DNA from: Escherichia phage vB_EcoS_UALMA_PCEc3
Sequence record: PQ314493
Reading direction: 5' to 3' (one strand)
DNA length: 44,679 nucleotides
Positions 37,025 through 44,501 of this stretch are shown here, piece by piece (position 1 is the stretch's first letter; every line of letters starts with the position of its first letter). The position numbers were made by a program, and so were the translations under genes. The notes under the pieces are model-generated. The model worked only from the letters and a program-made list of their open reading frames with translations, had not been told where the DNA came from and ran no database searches.

Positions 37025-37581
37025 AAATGACTAAATTATTTATCCTTAATGGCCCCGCTGGAGTTGGCAAGGACACTATAGCGGATATCATGGTTGAGAC
37101 TGGTGTAGCCAAAGAAAAGGTATCATTCAAGTCACCAATTTTTAACGTTGCAAAAGGAATGCTATCAAGCGATGAATTTGATGGATTCATCAAGAATTAC
37201 GACAATAGAGACTATAAGGAATCACCTCATGGATTTCTTGGAGGTATGACAGTTCGTGAATTTATGATTTGGATTAGCGAGTCTGTAATGAAGCCAGTCT
37301 TTGGTGATGATATTTTCGGTAAAAGGCTAGCCCAGTCACTTGGTTATGGTTGCTACATTTGCGCTGATGGTGGATTTGCTAGCGAGATTAAGCCACTGAT
37401 CTACGCTGGTGTTGAGGTCACGTTAATCAGATTGCATAGGGCAGGGTACACATTTGATGGCGATAGTCGCTCATACATTCACGGGGTGTGCGCAAGAGAA
37501 ATTGATGTTCGTGTTGTTGATTGTGATATTGATGGAACATCAGCATTTGTAAGGCACGTAATAAATAGCACGAATTGCTAA
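37021..37581 (+). CDS. P-loop nucleotide/nucleoside kinase (putative)
   Basis: Walker A NGPAGVGKDT; ATG 37021 overlaps upstream stop (track start TTG 37003); C-terminus NSTNC encoded by box. Confidence 0.55.
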   Translation: MKMTKLFILNGPAGVGKDTIADIMVETGVAKEKVSFKSPIFNVAKGMLSSDEFDGFIKNYDNRDYKESPHGFLGGMTVREFMIWISESVMKPVFGDDIFGKRLAQSLGYGCYICADGGFASEIKPLIYAGVEVTLIRLHRAGYTFDGDSRSYIHGVCAREIDVRVVDCDIDGTSAFVRHVINSTNC

Positions 37582-37583
37582 AG
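37563..37583 (+). promoter_or_regulatory. palindromic box copy; -10 TATCAT 37603-37608
   Basis: aaatagcacgaattgctaaag; encodes C-terminal NSTNC + TAA of kinase gene. Confidence 0.6.
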
Positions 37584-37649
37584 ATAATAATAAAAACTGA
37601 GTTATCATTAACACATCGAAACGAGATGAAACAAAAGAGGAAGCACAAA

Positions 37650-37826
37650 ATGACTAAAATGATTTATTGCACCAAAAACAACTCCAAGACGCTGCCATTT
37701 ACAGTTAACCAGCCGTACAATGCAGAGTATCAAGGTGACGGATACTACAAGATTTATGGCGACGATATGACGTGGATTTTAGCGCCGATTGATGGTTCGC
37801 TGGTTGAATTTATTATCGCAGACTAG
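37650..37826 (+). CDS. hypothetical small protein
   Basis: track ORF 37575..37826; likely start ATG 37650 after cassette leader and RBS. Confidence 0.4.
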   Translation: MTKMIYCTKNNSKTLPFTVNQPYNAEYQGDGYYKIYGDDMTWILAPIDGSLVEFIIAD

Positions 37827-37851
37827 CGCATCTAAAACATAGCTTTACAAG

Positions 37852-37880
37852 TGGGGGGCCTTTTGGCTCCCCTTTTTTAT
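37852..37880 (+). terminator. rho-independent terminator
   Basis: hairpin ggggggccttttggctcccc + T-run. Confidence 0.6.
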
Positions 37881-37945
37881 GCTTCTTTTCCGAGCGGTGC
37901 TAATGTATCATTCTTTTACTAACTTAAACATTGACAAATACACAA

Positions 37946-38173
37946 ATGGAGGATCACATGAGGGAAGTAATCAACGCTGCTACGGCGTCAACTGGAGGGG
38001 CAGCGGTAACTGGAGCGGCAACTGGTCAGATGACTATAGCAATAATCAGCCTTATCGCTTTAATCATTTTTGGTGCGTGGGGTGCTTACTGGAAGTTTAA
38101 GGATAGCCAGGCGATTCGGCGCGCTCTTGAATCAGGAGACTTAAAAACAGCAATCAAGATAAGGAGTAAGTAA
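37946..38173 (+). CDS. pinholin-like holin (two TMDs, possible dual start)
   Basis: Gly/Ala-rich weakly hydrophobic TMD1 and strongly hydrophobic TMD2; two in-frame ATGs (37946, 37958) after RBS; immediately upstream of SAR endolysin. Confidence 0.55.
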   Translation: MEDHMREVINAATASTGGAAVTGAATGQMTIAIISLIALIIFGAWGAYWKFKDSQAIRRALESGDLKTAIKIRSK

Positions 38174-38659
38174 ATGAAGCAGAAGCTGCTAATTAGCGCG
38201 GCTACGGCTGCGGCAATATACATCGCAGCACCGCTTATTGAGCTCGTAGAGGGTGTGGAAAACAAGCCTTACATGGACATTGCTGGAATCCCTACTGTTT
38301 GCTCTGGCGTTACTGGCCCTGACGTAATTTGGGGTAAGACTTACAGCAACAGGGAGTGCCGTAACCTGCTGGAGAAGCACATCCAGATTCATGCTAAGTA
38401 TGTTCAGGATGCGGTCACCTACCCAATTGCACCGCAGACAAGGGCGGCGTTAATCAGCTTTAGCTATAACGTTGGTGGTAATGCTATGAGGAAATCTACT
38501 GCCGTTAAGTTAATTAACCAGGGTAAGATTGAGCGGGGTTGCAAGGCTCTCGGGATGTGGACAAAGGCTACCATTAATGGCAAAAAGGTTGTAGTTAAGG
38601 GTTTGGTTAATCGCAGGAATGAGGAGATTAAGTTATGTTTAAGCGGATTGCAGCGTTAG
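38174..38659 (+). CDS. SAR endolysin (T4/lambda-type lysozyme fold)
   Basis: N-terminal signal-anchor-release-like segment; catalytic E-x8-D-x5-T spacing (VEGVENKPYMDIAGIPT). Confidence 0.8.
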   Translation: MKQKLLISAATAAAIYIAAPLIELVEGVENKPYMDIAGIPTVCSGVTGPDVIWGKTYSNRECRNLLEKHIQIHAKYVQDAVTYPIAPQTRAALISFSYNVGGNAMRKSTAVKLINQGKIERGCKALGMWTKATINGKKVVVKGLVNRRNEEIKLCLSGLQR

Positions 38660-39024
38660 TAATGTGCGCAGCTTTATCTGGGTGCTCAGCAACCTCTGCT
38701 CTGACAGGATTAATTGGCAGTAAGCCAGAGATTAGCGCTCAAGCTGGTGCAGAAAACAATAAGGTTGGTGTTGGTTTAACGAACAGGGTTGACTCAAGTA
38801 ACTCCAGCGATGCCACAGTTAAGGATTCCAGCGTGGGCTCACTGGATAGTTCTAGCGGGAAAAAGACTGCTGATAATTCGATTAAGGCCTCTACAATCAC
38901 TGCCGAAAAGATTGAGATTACCAATAACGACTCATCAGCGCTTCCGTGGATTGGAACAGGAGCGATGGGTTTGCTGGTTATGATTCTCCTTGCCTTAATC
39001 TTAAGACGTAAAAAAGCCTCCTAA
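38635..39024 (+). CDS. unimolecular spanin (T1 gp11-like)
   Basis: lipobox LSGC near N-terminus plus C-terminal transmembrane helix followed by RRKKAS. Confidence 0.65.
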   Translation: MFKRIAALVMCAALSGCSATSALTGLIGSKPEISAQAGAENNKVGVGLTNRVDSSNSSDATVKDSSVGSLDSSSGKKTADNSIKASTITAEKIEITNNDSSALPWIGTGAMGLLVMILLALILRRKKAS

Positions 39025-39038
39025 TGGAGGCTATATTT

Positions 39039-39374
39039 TTAGCTAAATAACTCTTCGTCAGTCATTGTCCCTATGTTCATCATCTCTTTTATGTACTGGC
39101 TTTCATACCCGTTAAGCGCCTCAAAGTTGAAACCAAATGGCCTCTTCAAGCTACCCTTACTAACAAACTCACCGCACTTGCCATCAATGTATCCGGCACT
39201 CAACATCTTTGCGCAGAACTCCTTTGAAGCTGCGATGCAAAAATCTCGATGCGATAACCCCGCCGCCTTACTGAATCTCTGAGAGTCCTTATGCTTGTAG
39301 ATGAATCGCGCCAAATGCTGGCGCGTGAAGTATGAATACGACTCACAGAAGCGGTATAAATCCAAAATAAACAT
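39039..39374 (-). CDS. hypothetical protein (111 aa)
   Basis: ORF from track, last gene of minus-strand operon. Confidence 0.4.
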   Translation of the reverse strand: MFILDLYRFCESYSYFTRQHLARFIYKHKDSQRFSKAAGLSHRDFCIAASKEFCAKMLSAGYIDGKCGEFVSKGSLKRPFGFNFEALNGYESQYIKEMMNIGTMTDEELFS

Positions 39375-39462
39375 TTCAACCTCAAGGTAGCGTGATTGCT
39401 AAAATGTATGGCCCAAAAACCAAGCAGAGAGCAATAAAAACCCACAAATATTCATTCATAAA

Positions 39463-41046
39463 TCACCCCAGCAATCTCGGATTAATGTAAACTTTATCAC
39501 CAATCAGGCACGTATAGTTTTTCTCATCAAGCATTGGCAGTAGGTGATCTTTAATCTTCGTCATTACTCCAGCCTGAGCCTCGAATGGCTTAACCTTTCG
39601 CGCCGCTTCATACAATGAGCGAATGCCAACAACACCCTTACCGTTTTTACCCTGCTTGATCAGGATATCAATCAGCTTATTCATCTCGGCATTGTCGCCA
39701 GCGTGACCAGCCGCGTTGGCAGATGACAGATAAGTCTTGCTAAGTTCCTGGAACATGATTACAGCTTCCTGCATGGTGTCGAGTTCAATTTCTCTGGACT
39801 TCTGCGGGCTACCGCCGTTAGGGTTGAACCAGTTACGAACAGTATGGAGAACCGCCGCAATCCTGATTGCCTGTTTATCGAACTTACCAAGCGCGCCGCG
39901 CAACATTGTGTGTGAATACTTACCGCCGTCAGCAAGGTGCGGCTCCATTTCCTGACGCGCTCTGTTGAGGTATTTCATTGCCGAGTTACTCACTGTCAAT
40001 TTTACATCTTGCTCATTCATTATTTCGTGAACAAGACGGAAGTAGTCAGCCTTCAGGCAACCATCAATTGGCTCATACGTTGATTCGCCATTTTCATCAA
40101 CGAATACACGCTCACCCAAGAATGACTTTTCACGCACAAGCAGGAAGCGCTCCGATACACCGATACCACGTGCGCCAGCATTCATGATTGCATTGATTGT
40201 TTCATCCTGCGCAATTACCGATATGCAACCCATAGCAACGAAGCTCATGTTGTTCTCTGCGTTCGCACGCGCAATAGATACGTTACCAGCATCCCACGCT
40301 TTAAGCACAAGTTCGCTGTTCGTCTTCTTCGAGCCGTCACCGTAAGTCATTCCCAATAGTGAGTTAACACTCGTTGCCTCATCAGAGATGACCGCGAAGT
40401 TGCCCTGACGGTTGTTTATTCGTGCAAGACCTTCCGGTGTGGTATCTGATACCGGGAATACGATATCGCACAGTTTCTCGAGCTTCTCCTCTAACTCCTC
40501 TTTCTCCTCAAAAAGTGAGGCCATCTCTGATGGTGACTTTTCCTGTTTCATCTCTTTTGATAATGCAGACAGCTTTGCCATAATCTTTTTGCGCTCACGC
40601 TTCCGCACTTCATTAAGCCGCTCAGTCTCAGCGATCATTGGAGCAATTGAGAGCGAGTTAATTGCTGATTTACCTGTCGATGGCGGCTGGCTTGTTACGA
40701 CGTATAGCGAAGTCGGTTGCTGGGTTCCGTGATACTCTACTGTAAAACGTCCCAGCATGGCGGCAGAAATACACCCCATAAAGTGCATATAAGCTGAAGA
40801 CTCTGGAAATTGGACAGAACGGGCAATATTGGCTGACAGCTTACCAACAACATCAATGTCATTACCGAGTGAGATTACGGGATACTTGTCATTAGCCGCA
40901 TCAATCTCGACTGGTGCTTTCCAGAATGATTGAGACTGGCGATAGCCATTGGCATTAATGGCGACTCGCAGTGGCGGGAGGTTGTCTGCGGCAGCAATTG
41001 CCATAACCTGTTCAACAGATAGTTTATCTTCGTTGAAATCAAACAT
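39463..41046 (-). CDS. P-loop NTPase-like protein (deviant Walker A PSTGKS, Walker B VISDE); long paralogue
   Basis: 527 aa; N-terminal ~45 aa and C-terminal ~70 aa homologous to ORF 43459..43983. Confidence 0.55.
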   Translation of the reverse strand: MFDFNEDKLSVEQVMAIAAADNLPPLRVAINANGYRQSQSFWKAPVEIDAANDKYPVISLGNDIDVVGKLSANIARSVQFPESSAYMHFMGCISAAMLGRFTVEYHGTQQPTSLYVVTSQPPSTGKSAINSLSIAPMIAETERLNEVRKRERKKIMAKLSALSKEMKQEKSPSEMASLFEEKEELEEKLEKLCDIVFPVSDTTPEGLARINNRQGNFAVISDEATSVNSLLGMTYGDGSKKTNSELVLKAWDAGNVSIARANAENNMSFVAMGCISVIAQDETINAIMNAGARGIGVSERFLLVREKSFLGERVFVDENGESTYEPIDGCLKADYFRLVHEIMNEQDVKLTVSNSAMKYLNRARQEMEPHLADGGKYSHTMLRGALGKFDKQAIRIAAVLHTVRNWFNPNGGSPQKSREIELDTMQEAVIMFQELSKTYLSSANAAGHAGDNAEMNKLIDILIKQGKNGKGVVGIRSLYEAARKVKPFEAQAGVMTKIKDHLLPMLDEKNYTCLIGDKVYINPRLLG

Positions 41047-41101
41047 TACTTCTCTCCGTGTTGTTTCTGAGCGGCCATTATATCAACGACCGCTTATAAT
41101 T

Positions 41102-41122
41102 CATTATCAATTTGTGCTATTT
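41102..41122 (-). promoter_or_regulatory. box variant (minus orientation) upstream of NTPase-like gene
   Basis: minus-sense aaatagcacaaattgataa. Confidence 0.45.
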
Positions 41123-41471
41123 ACAGGTACTGGGCCTCAAAATGGTACGTCTGGCAAAGAGTGTAAAATCCAACATCCTCGCTACGGTAGAGCTGCCAGG
41201 CATTACCATCCTCATCGTAAATGTAACCAGCGGATTGACCTAGTCCAGCGTGAAGGTTAACCTGGTAACGTTTCTCTTCTTTAAAGTCTTTTTTAACTCC
41301 TGATTTATGGTTAACCTTAGTACAGTAAATAGTTTTGGTCTTAATGTATTTGCCGCGCTCTTCCAGGTTAATCCATTTGCCATCTTTCTTGATTTGTTCT
41401 ACACCATCTTTAACTCGAGCTTTGTATAATACGTTATCGTTGCTAATGAAGTTTTTAGTAATCGTTGTCAT
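41121..41471 (-). CDS. hypothetical Lys-rich protein (116 aa)
   Basis: ORF from track; stop overlaps box copy. Confidence 0.45.
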   Translation of the reverse strand: MTTITKNFISNDNVLYKARVKDGVEQIKKDGKWINLEERGKYIKTKTIYCTKVNHKSGVKKDFKEEKRYQVNLHAGLGQSAGYIYDEDGNAWQLYRSEDVGFYTLCQTYHFEAQYL

Positions 41472-41532
41472 TTTGTTTGCCTTTTTGTGTTTCGTTTCGA
41501 TGAGATGAATATACAGGAAAAGCCCCGAAGGG

Positions 41533-41553
41533 CTTTAGCAATTCGTGCTATTG
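41533..41553 (-). promoter_or_regulatory. palindromic box copy (minus orientation) followed by hairpin and conserved leader
   Basis: minus-sense aatagcacgaattgctaaag then gcccttcggggc then ctcatcgaaacgaaac. Confidence 0.5.
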
Positions 41554-41696
41554 CGGGCTTTTTCTATCGCCTTAAGCATAATTTCATGACTCTCCAGCAA
41601 GTCTTCGCGAAACCAATCACCGCAAGGCCAGCCCTTTCCGCTATAGGCACTTATGACCTCAAGATCGAAATAATTTATCTCAGATGGTAGAAGCAT
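41535..41696 (-). CDS. small protein (53 aa) ending NSTNC
   Basis: short ORF whose last codons are the box; not in track. Confidence 0.25.
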   Translation of the reverse strand: MLLPSEINYFDLEVISAYSGKGWPCGDWFREDLLESHEIMLKAIEKARNSTNC

Positions 41697-41698
41697 CA

Positions 41699-41935
41699 CT
41701 ACACCTCGTCAAAAGTTGCAATTCCAGGAATAAACATTCCAACCTTCCAGCCTGCAATGGAAATCCATCCAGAATTGTGCTTGTGCGGTCGCTCAGCGCC
41801 ATTAATCACCCACTCGTTCGGGATTGTCTTCCCGTTAATGATTAGTGGCTCAGCGTCGTATACATAGCCTTTTACGAATGGCGTTAAGACTTTCTTGTCG
41901 GTACTGGTGATGCAATTAGTGCAGCGAATTTTCAT
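41699..41935 (-). CDS. hypothetical protein (78 aa)
   Basis: ORF from track. Confidence 0.4.
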   Translation of the reverse strand: MKIRCTNCITSTDKKVLTPFVKGYVYDAEPLIINGKTIPNEWVINGAERPHKHNSGWISIAGWKVGMFIPGIATFDEV

Positions 41936-42120
41936 ATTTGAACCTCGACCTCATCCTCGAAAACTGTAGCTGGCTTACCAACTGAGTTAATAATGTCAAA
42001 TGATTTAAGTTCAGTATCCCTATCAACAACATCGTAGACCTTGCCAATGAAAAGGCCATAATCAATTTCATCTGACCCGTCCATGTCAATATCTTTAAAC
42101 TTAACTAACTTGATTTTCAT
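41932..42120 (-). CDS. hypothetical protein (62 aa)
   Basis: ORF from track, coupled to neighbours. Confidence 0.4.
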   Translation of the reverse strand: MKIKLVKFKDIDMDGSDEIDYGLFIGKVYDVVDRDTELKSFDIINSVGKPATVFEDEVEVQI

Positions 42121-42130
42121 ATCTCAATCC

Positions 42131-42310
42131 TCAAACAAATGGCAGGCATTCTGCGCAGCCAAGTCCATCGCAGCACAGGAATTCATCTTCTGACTGGAAT
42201 TGCCTGGCAATGTCAATATCAATCTTGTCGAGCAGAACAAGTGCGGTGTAAATCTCATTCAACCCAATCAGTGCGCATTCGTGGCGTAACTCGTCTTTAT
42301 CAATCTTCAT
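42131..42310 (-). CDS. small Cys-rich protein (59 aa, C-terminal CCDGLGCAEC)
   Basis: short ORF, first gene of minus-strand operon downstream of operator-like array; not in track. Confidence 0.3.
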   Translation of the reverse strand: MKIDKDELRHECALIGLNEIYTALVLLDKIDIDIARQFQSEDEFLCCDGLGCAECLPFV

Positions 42311-42399
42311 ATCTATCTCCTCGTTTTGATGAGTTAACTATATCCTCCATGACCCCCAATGTCTTTAGCAAAAAGTGCTACTCGTTAGATTTATGTATT

Positions 42400-42462
42400 G
42401 TTGCAGATATTGCAATGATTCACATGATTATTGCACATATGGCAATATTGCTTCAGATGCAA
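42400..42462. promoter_or_regulatory. array of operator-like palindromes (TTGCA/ATTGC half-sites)
   Basis: TTGCAgatatTGCAA (42400-42414), ATTGCacatatgGCAAT (42429-42445), ATTGCttcagatGCAAT (42446-42462). Confidence 0.45.
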
Positions 42463-42659
42463 TGATGTTTTTGATTGTTGCGAAAAGTGAAATGAAGTGG
42501 TGAGTGAGTGAATGAAAGATGGATGGACTACCATACAAGTTGATTTTGATTCCCGCTGAGCCATTTCTAAGCTGACACGTAACGCCTGTAGCGCGATGTA
42601 AGCCAATGCCTATCGTTACGCTAGTTACGCGAAGCTACGCCCAGACTTACACTATAAGT

Positions 42660-42885
42660 GCCTAATATATATATATATCTTCTTTCTATTATTATTATTA
42701 TTATTAATATTATTGTATGTAAGTCATGTAACAGGGGTCCTGGCGATATCTATATGTTTTTTCCTATCAGTTATAGCCGAGGCTATAATTTAGGGTATGG
42801 TGGGGGTGTTTTGGGGATGTTTGCCTCGTTACACGCACGACACGCTACTCACATTGAGCTATAGCTGGGCTGGCATGCCATTTCG
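42660..42885. repeat. AT-rich intergenic repeat region B (paralogous to 24300-24530)
   Basis: shared acattgagctatagctgggc block and (tta)n tract; multiple cgtaacg/gttacgc copies nearby. Confidence 0.5.
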
Positions 42886-42979
42886 CGTAACGACCCCCAA
42901 AAGTTACCAAGAATTACACTTGACTACACGTGTAAGTCGGGATATTATGGACTCAACTTAAACGAGAGGAGTGATAGAG

Positions 42980-43459
42980 ATGAGCGAGAAGGTAACATTA
43001 GGCCAAGTGATTCGTGAGATGGTAAAAGCAGCGCTTAAGTCTGAGGATAAGCAGATCAGCGTGACACTCAACAAGATTGAGAGCCTTATTGGTGCCGAAG
43101 ATGGTGGCCTACACAAGCTTAAGAGCTCATACATCTATAATACAACGGCTCGCATGCCTGAGTTGAGAGATGCAGGACTGAAGGCAACTCACCATTATGA
43201 TGAGGATGAGGGTGATAGTGAGTTTGGTGAAACCACTCTGGCTGGAGACAAGAAGCTGGTTATTAAGCTTATTCCCGGCACGGCAAACATTGGAATCAGA
43301 AAGAAGACCAACGACGCGGTCAAGGATGAGGCAATCACTGAGTTCAAGGCCAGGATCTGCAAGTTGATGCCAGACCTATCTGAGTATGAGGGTGAAGCGC
43401 TTGCAGCCGCTATGAAGGCCATTAAGGATTACCGTTTAATTATTGAGGAGATTAAGTAA
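42980..43459 (+). CDS. hypothetical protein
   Basis: track ORF 42971..43459; ATG 42980 after RBS gagagga. Confidence 0.45.
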   Translation: MSEKVTLGQVIREMVKAALKSEDKQISVTLNKIESLIGAEDGGLHKLKSSYIYNTTARMPELRDAGLKATHHYDEDEGDSEFGETTLAGDKKLVIKLIPGTANIGIRKKTNDAVKDEAITEFKARICKLMPDLSEYEGEALAAAMKAIKDYRLIIEEIK

Positions 43460-43983
43460 TGTTTGACTTTAACGAGGATAAACTGACAGAAGAGCAGGTA
43501 ATAGAGATAGCCAAGCAAGATGGAATGCCTCCGCTGCGAATTGCAATCAATGCTAACGGGTATCGACAGTCAACGGCGTTTTGGGGCTCGATTGATATCT
43601 CAGAGGTGTATAGTGGTGATGAGCTTGGTGTACTGATTAAAATCATCAGGAAGATAGGAGTTAACGGCAAAGTAGTTGTCGGCATCAGATCTCTATATGA
43701 AGGCGCTCGCAAGTTAAAGCCATTTGCTGGGCGCGATGGAATGATGCTAGTGATCAAGGACAAGCTAATTCCAGAGCTCGATAAGATGAATGTTACCTGT
43801 CTAATTGGAGATAAGGTTTACTTCAACCCCTCCTTGACGGATTTAAGCTGGCAACCAAACTTCAAAACTTGCGAAGGTGAGCATGTTAGTAGACTACCAT
43901 ACCACTTGCGGTACAGAGAGGAAGAGGTGGAGATGGCGATTGAGTTCCACCGGAAAGCTAAACCACTCCTGAACGGTGAATAG
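43459..43983 (+). CDS. short paralogue of the P-loop NTPase-like protein (lacks NTPase core)
   Basis: MFDFNEDKL...INANGYRQS N-terminus and VVGIRSLYE...TCLIGDKVY C-terminal block shared with 39463..41046. Confidence 0.55.
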   Translation: MFDFNEDKLTEEQVIEIAKQDGMPPLRIAINANGYRQSTAFWGSIDISEVYSGDELGVLIKIIRKIGVNGKVVVGIRSLYEGARKLKPFAGRDGMMLVIKDKLIPELDKMNVTCLIGDKVYFNPSLTDLSWQPNFKTCEGEHVSRLPYHLRYREEEVEMAIEFHRKAKPLLNGE

Positions 43984-43998
43984 CACGGATTGCTAAAC
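43978..43998 (+). promoter_or_regulatory. palindromic box copy; -10 TATAAT 44018-44023
   Basis: gaatagcacggattgctaaac; contains TAG stop of short paralogue. Confidence 0.6.
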
Positions 43999-44047
43999 AA
44001 TGGATCGGGTAGTCAGCTATAATTACCACATCGACAACAAAGAGGAA

Positions 44048-44254
44048 ATGAAGATGAAAACTATGATTATCGAAGATTTCTCAGGTGACATCACTGAGGT
44101 GTCTGCTTCAGTATATTACGACGGCATCGTGAGCATTGACATTGACACGGATAACTTAGGCGATGAAATTACTATGTCTCACTATACACCAGAGCAAGCG
44201 CGCAAACTGGCGGCGGCATTAATCATGGCGGCGGAAGAGTCAGAGAAGCAATGA
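44048..44254 (+). CDS. hypothetical protein
   Basis: track ORF 44000..44254; likely ATG 44048 after cassette leader and RBS agaggaa. Confidence 0.4.
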   Translation: MKMKTMIIEDFSGDITEVSASVYYDGIVSIDIDTDNLGDEITMSHYTPEQARKLAAALIMAAEESEKQ

Positions 44255-44267
44255 ATGAGAAATTATA

Positions 44268-44486
44268 ATGCAAGTATATACGAATAGTAATGGCGTCGAG
44301 TATTGTGTTGTTTACGGAGTGGTTCTTCGCACTGTTGGTGGCCTCGGGATCATCAACATTTCAGTGATCAAGCCTGAATTACTGGTGAAAGGAATCCAGG
44401 CCGGAATCTTCAGCTTTCACTCAACGCTGACGGCTAAGCAGTATGTTACCCTCGCCAACGCGGTTAAGTACGGTTTTATCAAATAG
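44268..44486 (+). CDS. hypothetical protein (72 aa)
   Basis: ORF from track; TAG stop inside box copy. Confidence 0.4.
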   Translation: MQVYTNSNGVEYCVVYGVVLRTVGGLGIINISVIKPELLVKGIQAGIFSFHSTLTAKQYVTLANAVKYGFIK

Positions 44487-44501
44487 CACTTTTTGTTAAA
44501 A
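44481..44501 (+). promoter_or_regulatory. degenerate box variant
   Basis: aaatagcactttttgttaaaa. Confidence 0.4.

Noticed and set aside
37879-38100. ORF of 73 aa overlapping the holin gene in another frame
   Set aside because: Overlaps terminator and the pinholin-like gene, which has a coherent TMD architecture and RBS; no independent support.
42139-42465. Plus-strand ORF of 108 aa overlapping the minus-strand small-gene operon and the operator-like array
   Set aside because: Overlaps a better-supported minus-strand ORF (42131..42310, with RBS and coupling to downstream genes) and runs across palindromic regulatory DNA; likely spurious.
42658-42864. ORF of 68 aa (poly-Ile) in repeat region B
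   Set aside because: Same reasoning: artefact of AT-rich repeat; ends at the TAG inside the AGCTATAGCT palindrome.
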